NCBI GenBank assembly: GCA_033763905.1
Contig: JANRJP010000036.1
Coordinates: 1-43,424 of the forward strand
Reading direction: 5' to 3'
DNA: 43,424 nt
From: Gemmatimonadaceae bacterium
GTDB lineage: Bacteria; Gemmatimonadota; Gemmatimonadetes; Gemmatimonadales; Gemmatimonadaceae
Position 1 is the stretch's first letter. Every line of letters starts with the position of its first letter. The notes beneath the pieces were generated by a model that saw nothing but the letters and a program-made list of their open reading frames with translations, ran no database searches and was not told the DNA's origin. Position numbers and translations under genes: made by a program. Shown here one piece after another: positions 35,925 to 43,424 of the stretch.

Positions 35925-37219
35925 GCACGCCGTCGAGCGGCCGCTTGCGCGTCGTCATCATTGGCGGCGGGTTCGCGGGTCTCGCGGCGGCGCGGGCGCT
36001 GCGGCACGCGGCGGCTGATGTGACGGTCGTGGATCGCACGAACCACCATCTCTTCCAGCCGCTGCTGTATCAGGTGGCCACGGCGATGCTGGCGCCAAGC
36101 GACATTTCGGTGCCGATCCGCTGGATTCTCCGGTCCGTGCGCAATGCCCGGGTCGTGCTCGGGACGGTGACCAAGATCGATCTTGCCCGTCGCGTGGTCG
36201 TACTCGACGAATCGGGCGATGAGCTCGCGTATGATCGGCTGATCGTCGCGGCGGGGATGCGCAACCAGTACTTCGGGCATGACGAATGGGAGGCGCACGC
36301 ACCCGGGCTCAAGTCGCTCGACGACGCCCTGCGCGTTCGGCGGCGGTTCTTGATGGCCTTCGAGCGCGCCGAGACGGCGCCATCGGAGGCGGAGCGTCGG
36401 CAGTGGTTGACCTTCGTGGTGGTTGGCGGCGGGCCCACGGGCGTCGAACTCGCCGGAATGTTGCCCGAGGTGGCGACGGCGTTCCGCAGCGAGTTCCGCC
36501 AGATCGACCCCACGTCGTTGCGCGTGATTCTCTTGGAGGGCGGGCCGCGCCTCCTGGCGGCGTTTCCTCCCGCCCTGTCTGATCGGGCCAAGCGGGACTT
36601 GGAGTCCCTCGGGGTCGAGGTGCGGCTGCAAGCCGTCGTCAGCGCCATCGATGACGACGGTGTTGTGCTGGCCAACGGGGAGCGGATCGAAGCGCGGGAA
36701 ATCTTCTGGGCCGCGGGGATCGCGGCGTCGCCACTCACCGCAGACCTGCAGGCGCCAACCGATCGTTCCGGGCGGGTTCTCGTCTCGCCGGACCTGTCGG
36801 TGCCCGGTCAGCCGGAGGTGTTCGTGGTTGGCGATCTCGCCGCGATCCCGCGCGAGGGCGGTGGGTGGGTGCCCGGCGTCGCGCCGACGGCGAACCAAAC
36901 CGGACGACACGCGGCGCGGATGATTCTGGCGGATCTCGCCGGCCAGCCCCGTTCGCCGTTTCGGTGGTTCAACAAGGGAGACCTGGCCACGATCGGCCGG
37001 CGGCGCGCGGTCGCTACCGTGGCCGGCGTGAACGTCGCAGGGACGCTCGCCTGGCTGCTGTGGCTCTTCGTTCACGTGCTGTATCTGGTGGGCTTCCGGA
37101 ACCGTCTGTCGGTCCTGCTGCAGTGGGGGTACGCATACCTCACCTTCCAGCGCGGCGTCCGCCTAATCACGGGGTCTGACACCGACGAGTACCCGGCGGT
37201 AGCGCACCACCGACCCTGA
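35921..37219 (+). CDS. ndh: Type II NADH:quinone oxidoreductase (NDH-2 family)
   Basis: 'VVIIGGGFAGL', 'NHHLFQPLLYQVAT', 'APGLKS', second Rossmann 'VVVGGGPTGVELAG', 'FVVGD', 'KGDLATIGR', 'WLFVHVLYLVGFRNR'. Confidence 0.9.
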   Translation: MSTPSSGRLRVVIIGGGFAGLAAARALRHAAADVTVVDRTNHHLFQPLLYQVATAMLAPSDISVPIRWILRSVRNARVVLGTVTKIDLARRVVVLDESGDELAYDRLIVAAGMRNQYFGHDEWEAHAPGLKSLDDALRVRRRFLMAFERAETAPSEAERRQWLTFVVVGGGPTGVELAGMLPEVATAFRSEFRQIDPTSLRVILLEGGPRLLAAFPPALSDRAKRDLESLGVEVRLQAVVSAIDDDGVVLANGERIEAREIFWAAGIAASPLTADLQAPTDRSGRVLVSPDLSVPGQPEVFVVGDLAAIPREGGGWVPGVAPTANQTGRHAARMILADLAGQPRSPFRWFNKGDLATIGRRRAVATVAGVNVAGTLAWLLWLFVHVLYLVGFRNRLSVLLQWGYAYLTFQRGVRLITGSDTDEYPAVAHHRP

Positions 37220-37364
37220 GTGGTTGCCCGTTCGGCACGCACCCGACGCATTCGCGTGCTCCCCCGATTGTGCGAAGCCGCGCCGCGCGCTTTCTTTACT
37301 TGTAGAAATTGCCCGTCGACGCTGGCGGTGCGCGAATGTCATTATCCTCGCTGCACCATCAGAT

Positions 37365-38318
37365 ATGCCCGAACGCACCAATCGCTCGTCGCCCACGCCG
37401 CAAGAGCCGCCTCGCACGGCGGAAGAACTGCGTCGGCTGACCTCGGGCTTTCTGCACGAAGTCAACAACGCGCTCAATCCCGTGCTCGCCGCGGCCTTCT
37501 TGCTCGATCAGAAGGCGGGCGATGTCGCGTCGGTCCGTGAGATTGCTGCGCAGCTCAAGCGCACCGCGGAGGATCTTGGGCGTCAGTCCCGGTTGCTCGG
37601 TACGGTGCTTCGGGCTGGGGCCAAGCGCTCGCCGCTCCCACCGGACGTGACCGTGCAGCGGGGGACACCGATCGGGCTCGAGTTGCCGCCGGTCGATCCT
37701 GTGACGTCGCGAGGCCTCGCGGCGTCGCCGTCTCCGGCGATCCGCGTGCTGATCGCCGACGACCAAGCGCAGGATCGCTCGCTGATGCTCGACGTGCTGC
37801 AGGCGTTCGGCCACGTCGTCGTCGCGCAGGCGACCTCGGGTGACGATGCGATCGCGCAGGCGGGGACCACCTCGCCGGATGCGGTGCTCCTCGACGTGCA
37901 TATGCCCGGGGTGTCGGGCATCGAAGCCGCCAAGCGCATTCGCGAGGCGTCGCCCGATACGGCGATCGTCCTGTTCACCGGTGACGCGACGCTTGAGTTG
38001 AGCGATGACGATCTGGAGCAGACCGCCGCCGTGGCCTTTCTGGCAAAGCCCGCGGCGCCCAAGTCGCTGGATGCGTCGTTGCGCGTGGCGGTACGCAAGG
38101 CGCGCGAGCTGAAGGCGGCGCGCGAGGAGGCGGCCGACGCCAAGCGCCAGCTCGCGAATCGCAAGCTCATCGATCGCGCAAAGGGCCTGCTGATGGCGCG
38201 GATGTCGATCGCCGAGCCCGAGGCGTATCGGTTTCTGCAGCGGACCAGTCAGAACCGAGCCGTGCCGCTCGTCGAGATCGCCCGCATCATCGTCGACGGC
38301 GACGGCGCCCTGAGCTGA
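37365..38318 (+). CDS. ANTAR response regulator with N-terminal HisKA/DHp-like segment
   Basis: H-box-like 'SGFLHEVNNALNPVL', Pro-rich linker, REC ('IADD','LLDVHMP','FT','AKP'), ANTAR 'RKLIDRAKGLLM......EAYRFLQRTSQN...L.EIA'. Confidence 0.88.
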   Translation: MPERTNRSSPTPQEPPRTAEELRRLTSGFLHEVNNALNPVLAAAFLLDQKAGDVASVREIAAQLKRTAEDLGRQSRLLGTVLRAGAKRSPLPPDVTVQRGTPIGLELPPVDPVTSRGLAASPSPAIRVLIADDQAQDRSLMLDVLQAFGHVVVAQATSGDDAIAQAGTTSPDAVLLDVHMPGVSGIEAAKRIREASPDTAIVLFTGDATLELSDDDLEQTAAVAFLAKPAAPKSLDASLRVAVRKARELKAAREEAADAKRQLANRKLIDRAKGLLMARMSIAEPEAYRFLQRTSQNRAVPLVEIARIIVDGDGALS

Positions 38319-38329
38319 CGGCGCGGGCG

Positions 38330-39673
38330 CTACGTCGCCGCGGGCGGACGCGCGGCGCGCTGCGCTGACTCGACGGCACGGCCCACACCCGCTGTCATCG
38401 GGAGCGTCAGTGCCACCAGCGCGGCCGAGGCGATGAACGGCCACGAAATGCCGAATTCGAAGAGCACCCCCGCCAACGCGGGGAATGCCACGCGCGCAAG
38501 GCCGCCGAAGGTCTGCTGGACACCAAGGATCAACCCGCGCTCGGACGTGGCAATCACCTTCGACAGCATCGCCGTCACGCAGGGAAAGGTGAACGCGGTC
38601 CCCAGCGGCATCAGCGCCGTGGCCAACAGCAGCACGGGAATGGTCGGGGCCAGCGCGATGCCAAGTACTCCAGCCGACAACATCACGGTGCCGAGACGCG
38701 ACAAGCGGGCTTCGCCGAGCCGATCGACCATCTTGCCCAGAATCAGTGCCCGCGTCACCACGCTGATGATGCCGACGTACATGAAGACGTAGCCGATCGT
38801 CCGCTCCGTGATGTCAAACTTGGCGTTCAGATAGAGGGCGAGCATCGCCGTCACTCCCTGAAATGCGCCCATCGCGATCGCGTAGATCCAGATCAACCGT
38901 GGGGCGATCTCGCCCGGATGCGATAGCACACGCAGCACGGCGGAGCGCGACGTCCGCCGCGCGCCGTCACTGCTCGACGACGGCGCGCGCGACTCCGTGA
39001 GATAGCGCCGGGCGAACAGCAGGTTGATCACGCACAGCAGCGCGGCGAGCAGGCCGGGTGCGGCGGGGCCGACCTGGACCGTCTGCCCGCCGATCGCGAT
39101 GCCGGTCTGTCCGATGCTCGCCGCCCACGAGCCGAGCACGGGACCCAAGGCGACGCCGAGGTTCGTCGCCGCCGACAGCCAGCCGAGCGCTTTGGTCCGC
39201 TCAGCGGGCTCGGTGGCATCGGTCACGTAGGCCTGGATCACGCCGACCGTCCCGCCACCGGCGCCCTGCACCAGACGGGACGCGAACAGCAACCAGAGAC
39301 TCGTCGCATAGCCGAAGACCACATAGGCGATCGCTGAGGCGCCGAGCGCAACCATCAGTGTTGGTCGCCGCCCGTACTTGTCGCTGAATCGTCCCCACAG
39401 CGGCGCGCTGAGCAACTGCGCGGCCGCGAAACTGGACACCAGCAGTCCGACCATCGAGCCGCCGGCGCCAAGCCGCTGCGCGTAGTAGGGGAGCAACGGC
39501 AGCACCATCAGCGTCCCGACCATATCGAGGAACGCGGTCGCCATCAGGACGTGCAGCTTGGCGGGGACCGTGCGCAATTCGCGCCACAGCAGCCAAAGCA
39601 CGGCGGCGACCGTGCCACCGCCAACGACGACCACGACGGGCGATTGCCACCACCCAGTGTCGGAACCGATCAC
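38330..39673 (-). CDS. MFS transporter (TetA/DHA1-like)
   Basis: 'FLDMVG..MVLPLLPYY', motif A 'WGRFSDKYGRRP', 'RLVQGAGGG', 'AYVTD', 'GVALGPVLG'. Confidence 0.92.
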   Translation of the reverse strand: MIGSDTGWWQSPVVVVVGGGTVAAVLWLLWRELRTVPAKLHVLMATAFLDMVGTLMVLPLLPYYAQRLGAGGSMVGLLVSSFAAAQLLSAPLWGRFSDKYGRRPTLMVALGASAIAYVVFGYATSLWLLFASRLVQGAGGGTVGVIQAYVTDATEPAERTKALGWLSAATNLGVALGPVLGSWAASIGQTGIAIGGQTVQVGPAAPGLLAALLCVINLLFARRYLTESRAPSSSSDGARRTSRSAVLRVLSHPGEIAPRLIWIYAIAMGAFQGVTAMLALYLNAKFDITERTIGYVFMYVGIISVVTRALILGKMVDRLGEARLSRLGTVMLSAGVLGIALAPTIPVLLLATALMPLGTAFTFPCVTAMLSKVIATSERGLILGVQQTFGGLARVAFPALAGVLFEFGISWPFIASAALVALTLPMTAGVGRAVESAQRAARPPAAT

Positions 39674-39683
39674 GCGGGCACGT

Positions 39684-40538
39684 TCACGGCGTATTCCGAC
39701 CGAGGGCGGCCGGCGCTGCCGCGCGGCCTGCGAGGGTTGCCAGCGCCACGATCGTCAGCACGTACGGAATCATCTCGGTGAACTGCGAGGGCAGCGCGGC
39801 CGTCCCTTGGAGGCGGATCTGCAGCGTTTCCGCCGCCGCAAAGAGCAGACAGGCGCCCGCAGTGCGCAACGGATCCCAGCGCCCGAAGATCACCGCCGCC
39901 AAGGCGATGAATCCGCGCCCCGCGGTCATTCCCGCCGAGAACTTGTGCTGATCGAGGGCGAGATATGCGCCGCCCAATCCGGCCAACGCACCTGACCCGA
40001 GGACCGCAAGCCACCGCACGCGCGCCACCGAGATCCCCGACGCGGTAGCGGCCTCCGGCTTCTCTCCGACCGCACGCACCCGAAGACCGAACGCGGTGCG
40101 CGACAGGAGCCACCACACCAGCGGCAACATCAGCAGCGCCACGTAGCCCACCGGACTCCCGAGCCAGCCGCCACTGCCGAAGCCTTCGACGCGCGGGGAG
40201 TTCGCCGAGCTGTCGTACGCGCGGCGCAGGAGAAAGGTGGAGCCGCCATCGACGAGCAGGTTCAACGCGACGGCGGTGACCACCTGGTCGGCGCGAAAGC
40301 GCAACGTGGCGGTCGCGTGCAACGCGGCCACGGCCATGGCCGCACCAACACCGGCCGCGACACCAAGCCACGGTGCCCCGGTCGCCAAGGCGCCCATCGC
40401 CGCGCCGAACGCGCCGGCGAGCAGATAGCCCTCGAGCGTCAGCGCGATCACGCCGGCCCGCTCGCTCAGCACGCCGCCAGCCGCCGCGCAGAGATACGGT
40501 GCGGCAATGCGCAACCACTGGAAGATCAGATCGCTCAT
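39684..40538 (-). CDS. ABC transporter permease (BMP/nucleoside type)
   Basis: 'AAAGGVLSERAGV..L.LEG', 'ADQVV', 'TAFGLRVRAVGEKPEAA..SGISV', 'AGRGFIALAAVIFGRW', 'IPYVLT'. Confidence 0.9.
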   Translation of the reverse strand: MSDLIFQWLRIAAPYLCAAAGGVLSERAGVIALTLEGYLLAGAFGAAMGALATGAPWLGVAAGVGAAMAVAALHATATLRFRADQVVTAVALNLLVDGGSTFLLRRAYDSSANSPRVEGFGSGGWLGSPVGYVALLMLPLVWWLLSRTAFGLRVRAVGEKPEAATASGISVARVRWLAVLGSGALAGLGGAYLALDQHKFSAGMTAGRGFIALAAVIFGRWDPLRTAGACLLFAAAETLQIRLQGTAALPSQFTEMIPYVLTIVALATLAGRAAAPAALGRNTP

Positions 40539-41614
40539 CCGTCCCCCTTCGCGCGAGGGACGGCGGCGGCCACGATGCGCCGCACCTCGGGCACGCTGGC
40601 GACGACGGCCAGAATCACCACGGCCTGCAGCACGTCCATCATTTGCTTCGGGACCAAGGCATTCACCGCCAAGCCGCCCTGCGAGAGCGTGGCGAAGAGC
40701 AATGCGGCGATACCGACACCGACCGGATGATTGCGTCCGACCAGCGCGACCGCGATGCCGAGAAAGCCGGCGCCGAAGCCGAAGCCTTCTTCGTAGTAGT
40801 ACTTGTAGCCGAGCACGTAGTTCACGCCGCCCAGTCCGGCCAAGGCGCCGCTCCAGATCATCGCACGCGTCCACGTGCCGCCGAGCGAAATGCCGCCGTA
40901 CTCCGCCGCCGAGGGACTCAGGCCGACCGCGCGCATCGCATAGCCGCCCGTCGTGCGGAAGAGACCGAACCACGTGGCGCCGATGGCCAGCAACGCCACG
41001 CCGACGGAGAGGTTGGCGGCCGAGCCGCGAAACGCCGGATTCACATCGGCGAAGCGCGCCACGCGCCCGGCGTTGATCGGTGCGGTATGCAGCGAGTCCG
41101 GCACGTGCAGATACTCCGCAACCGCCCAGTTGAGCAACGCGAGCACCACGAAGTTCAAGCAAATCGTCACGATCACTTCGTTGGCCCCGGTGCGCGCCTT
41201 GAGGACACCTGGCACCGCGCCGACTGCCGCGCCGGCCGTCATCGCCGCGCCGATGCAGAACGGCACGGCGAGCAGCGCGGGGACGCCCGAGGGGAGCAAC
41301 AGGCCAGCCATCGCGGCGCCGAAGCCTCCGGCGGCGAGCTGCGACTCCGCCGCGATGTTGAACAAGCCAGCCCGCAGCGCCACAGCGACCGCCAGGCCGG
41401 TGCAGGTGAGCGTCGTGGCCTTGTAGAGCACCTGGCCGGCACCGTAGGCATTGCCCCACGTCCCTTCCAGGAGCACGCCCCACACCACGCGCGGCGACTG
41501 GCCGAACGACAGCATCAGGACGTCGCCGACGACGAGCGCGACGCCCAGGGCGACCAATGGCGGCAGCAGCGCGTCGGCCCACTGCGCGCGCCGAGAGACG
41601 AGCGCCGTACTCAC
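40535..41614 (-). CDS. ABC transporter permease (BMP/nucleoside type)
   Basis: 'TGLAVAVALRAGLFNI', 'LKARTGANEVIVTICLNF', 'GYAMRAVG.SP.AAEYGGI', 'GIAVALVGRNHP'. Confidence 0.9.
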   Translation of the reverse strand: MSTALVSRRAQWADALLPPLVALGVALVVGDVLMLSFGQSPRVVWGVLLEGTWGNAYGAGQVLYKATTLTCTGLAVAVALRAGLFNIAAESQLAAGGFGAAMAGLLLPSGVPALLAVPFCIGAAMTAGAAVGAVPGVLKARTGANEVIVTICLNFVVLALLNWAVAEYLHVPDSLHTAPINAGRVARFADVNPAFRGSAANLSVGVALLAIGATWFGLFRTTGGYAMRAVGLSPSAAEYGGISLGGTWTRAMIWSGALAGLGGVNYVLGYKYYYEEGFGFGAGFLGIAVALVGRNHPVGVGIAALLFATLSQGGLAVNALVPKQMMDVLQAVVILAVVASVPEVRRIVAAAVPRAKGDG

Positions 41615-43158
41615 GCGGCCGCTCCGGTCATATGAGGGCCGAGCAGTTCGGGGGTGGCGTCCGCGCCGCTCGTTTCGAAGACTAGCGCACCGCCGTACAT
41701 CACGGCGACCCGCGTCGACAAGGCCAGCAGTTCGCCCAGATCGGCGCTGACGAGCAACACCGCGGCGCCGGCATCGCGCGCGGCCCGCAGCCGCGCGTGA
41801 ATGGCCTCGATCGCGCCGACGTCGACGCCGCGCGTGGGCTGCGCGGCGAGCAGTACCCGCACATCGCGTCCGCCGCCGAGCTCGCGGGCAATCACGATTT
41901 TCTGCTGATTGCCGCCCGACAGCGCCCGCGCCGGCAAGAGCGCATTGCCGGGGCGGATATCAAACGCGGCGATCTGCGCCTCGGCGTGTGCCGCGACGCG
42001 CACCACGTCGAGTCGGCCGCCCTGGGTGAAGCGGTGCTGCTGGCCGAGCACGAGGTTGTCGGCGATGCTCCAGTCGAGCACCAGCCCACGGGCGTGGCGA
42101 TCCTCGGGAATGTGCGCCAATCCCGCCGCGGTGCGCTCGGCCACGCGCCAGCGCGTGACGTCGCGTCCCTCCAGCAGCACCCGCCCGGCCGACGGAGTCA
42201 CCAAGCCCGCGATCGCCGCGACGAGCTCGGTCTGGCCGTTCCCCTCGACGCCAGCGATCCCGAGGATCTCGCCGGGACGCACACTGAACGAGAGGTTGTC
42301 GACGACGGTACGACCAGCCGCGTTGCGGACGGTCAGCCCCGCGACCTGCAACGCCGGAGCACCGCTCACCGCCGCATTGGCCTTCGGGTCGCGCGCGGCC
42401 AGCGCCACGTCGCGACCGACCATCGCCCGCGCGATGTCGGCCGGGGTCGCGCCTGCGGTCGACAGCCGACCGACCGTCCGTCCGGCGCGCATCACCGTGA
42501 CGACGCTCGCCGCTTCCAAGACTTCATCGAGCTTGTGCGTGATGAGCACGATCGTGCCGCCATCATCGCGCAGGCGGCGGAGCACGCGCCACAGATCGGT
42601 GACTTCCGGCGGCGACAGCACGGCGGTCGGCTCGTCGAGCACCAGCGTGCGCGCGCCGCGGAACAGCGTCTTGAGAATCTCGACCCGTTGTGCCTCGCCC
42701 ACCGACAGATCGCCCACGAGGCGGTCCGGGTCGATGACCAGACCGGTGCGCTCGCAGAGCGCCCGGATCGCCTGTCGCGCGTCCGACAATTCCAGCTGGC
42801 CTCGAGCCACCGGTTCGTCGCCCAGCACCAGATTCTCGACGACGGTGAGCGTCGGCACGAGCTGGAAATGCTGGTACACCATCCCGACGCCGGCGCGAAT
42901 CGCATCGGCGGTCGACCAGCCGGTCACGTCACGGCCGTCCACTTCCACGCGACCGCCGTCGGGACGCATCCCCCCAGCGAGAATGCGCATCAGCGTACTC
43001 TTTCCCGCGCCGTTCTCGCCGCAGATCGCGTGAATCTCGCCGCGTGCAACCTCGAGTGAGGCGCCGGCATTCGCCGTGACCGCGCCGAAACGCTTGACGA
43101 TGTCGGTCAACTGAATCGCCAACGGCGTGTCGCGGGTGATGGCGTCGGTGGTGCTCAC
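41611..43158 (-). CDS. ABC transporter ATP-binding protein, tandem ATPase (nucleoside/sugar type)
   Basis: Walker A 'GENGAGKST', 'LDEPTAVL', 'ITHKLDEV', second domain 'GVEGNGQTEL','LSGGNQQK','QPTRGVDVGA'. Confidence 0.93.
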   Translation of the reverse strand: MSTTDAITRDTPLAIQLTDIVKRFGAVTANAGASLEVARGEIHAICGENGAGKSTLMRILAGGMRPDGGRVEVDGRDVTGWSTADAIRAGVGMVYQHFQLVPTLTVVENLVLGDEPVARGQLELSDARQAIRALCERTGLVIDPDRLVGDLSVGEAQRVEILKTLFRGARTLVLDEPTAVLSPPEVTDLWRVLRRLRDDGGTIVLITHKLDEVLEAASVVTVMRAGRTVGRLSTAGATPADIARAMVGRDVALAARDPKANAAVSGAPALQVAGLTVRNAAGRTVVDNLSFSVRPGEILGIAGVEGNGQTELVAAIAGLVTPSAGRVLLEGRDVTRWRVAERTAAGLAHIPEDRHARGLVLDWSIADNLVLGQQHRFTQGGRLDVVRVAAHAEAQIAAFDIRPGNALLPARALSGGNQQKIVIARELGGGRDVRVLLAAQPTRGVDVGAIEAIHARLRAARDAGAAVLLVSADLGELLALSTRVAVMYGGALVFETSGADATPELLGPHMTGAAA

Positions 43159-43424
43159 GAGTTCGGCACCCGGATCCGTCCCGCGATGATCGAGTCCCGC
43201 AGGCCGGCGAGTCGGGCGCGTACGGCGTCGGGGATCAGGGCGCGGTTGTTCGCGTCGTCCACGAATCCGACGCCGTTCTCGGCCAGCCCGTATTGCCGCA
43301 CCCCGCCACGGAAGCTGCCGTCGCGCACGCGGCCGATCGCATCGAAGACGGCCGCGTCGATGCCCTTGACCATCGACGTCAGCACGAATCCCGGCGCCTC
43401 GGCGTACTGATCGGCATCGACGCC
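43155..43424 (-). CDS. BMP-family ABC substrate-binding protein, C-terminal part (truncated by window end)
   Basis: 'GVDADQY..APG.VLTSMVK.ID.AV', 'YGLAENGVG', 'IIAGRIRVP'. Confidence 0.88.
   Translation of the reverse strand, partial: GVDADQYAEAPGFVLTSMVKGIDAAVFDAIGRVRDGSFRGGVRQYGLAENGVGFVDDANNRALIPDAVRARLAGLRDSIIAGRIRVPNS

Noticed and set aside
37220..37364. Possible ANTAR dual-hairpin RNA target upstream of the ANTAR gene
   Set aside because: There is some pairing potential (CATTCGCG/CGCGAATG; TTTCT/AGAAA), but I could not find two hexaloop hairpins with the A1/G4 pattern; needs a covariance-model search.

Overview
GC-rich bacterial chromosome segment; the gene content suggests Gemmatimonadota, but that is inference. 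About 1-11.5 kb is the end of a flagellar locus (fliD 3' part, fliS, two small helical chaperone-like genes, flgM) followed by a complete chemotaxis cluster (cheY-cheZ | cheA-mcp-cheW-cheR-cheD-cheY-cheX-cheB). This region carries four identically spaced sigma28-like promoters (TCAA-N15-[G/C/T][C/T]CGAT). The rest is mixed core and accessory genes: AlkA-type glycosylase, orphan MqsA-like Zn-finger/HTH, TIGR01777, Tat amidase, small envelope proteins, CDGSH protein, MscS, an msrPQ-SSS-RlmL-like-MOSC-DUF2256 run, sucA, PIG-L deacetylase, orphan solute-binding protein, NDH-2, an ANTAR regulator, MFS and a BMP-type ABC transporter. The best candidate for an undescribed system is a compact divergent four-gene module at 24.7-29.5 kb: DUF4142 lipoprotein, outer-membrane beta-barrel, exported type-1-copper cupredoxin, and a TM-sensor-TM-HAMP Ser/Thr kinase. 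Also notable are a DHp(HisKA)-REC-ANTAR fusion lacking an ATPase domain, and a CheA with a degenerate extra Hpt domain in a cluster carrying both CheZ-like and CheX phosphatases. I saw no rRNA, tRNA, CRISPR array or mobile element. All family calls come from motif recognition by eye, not database searches.
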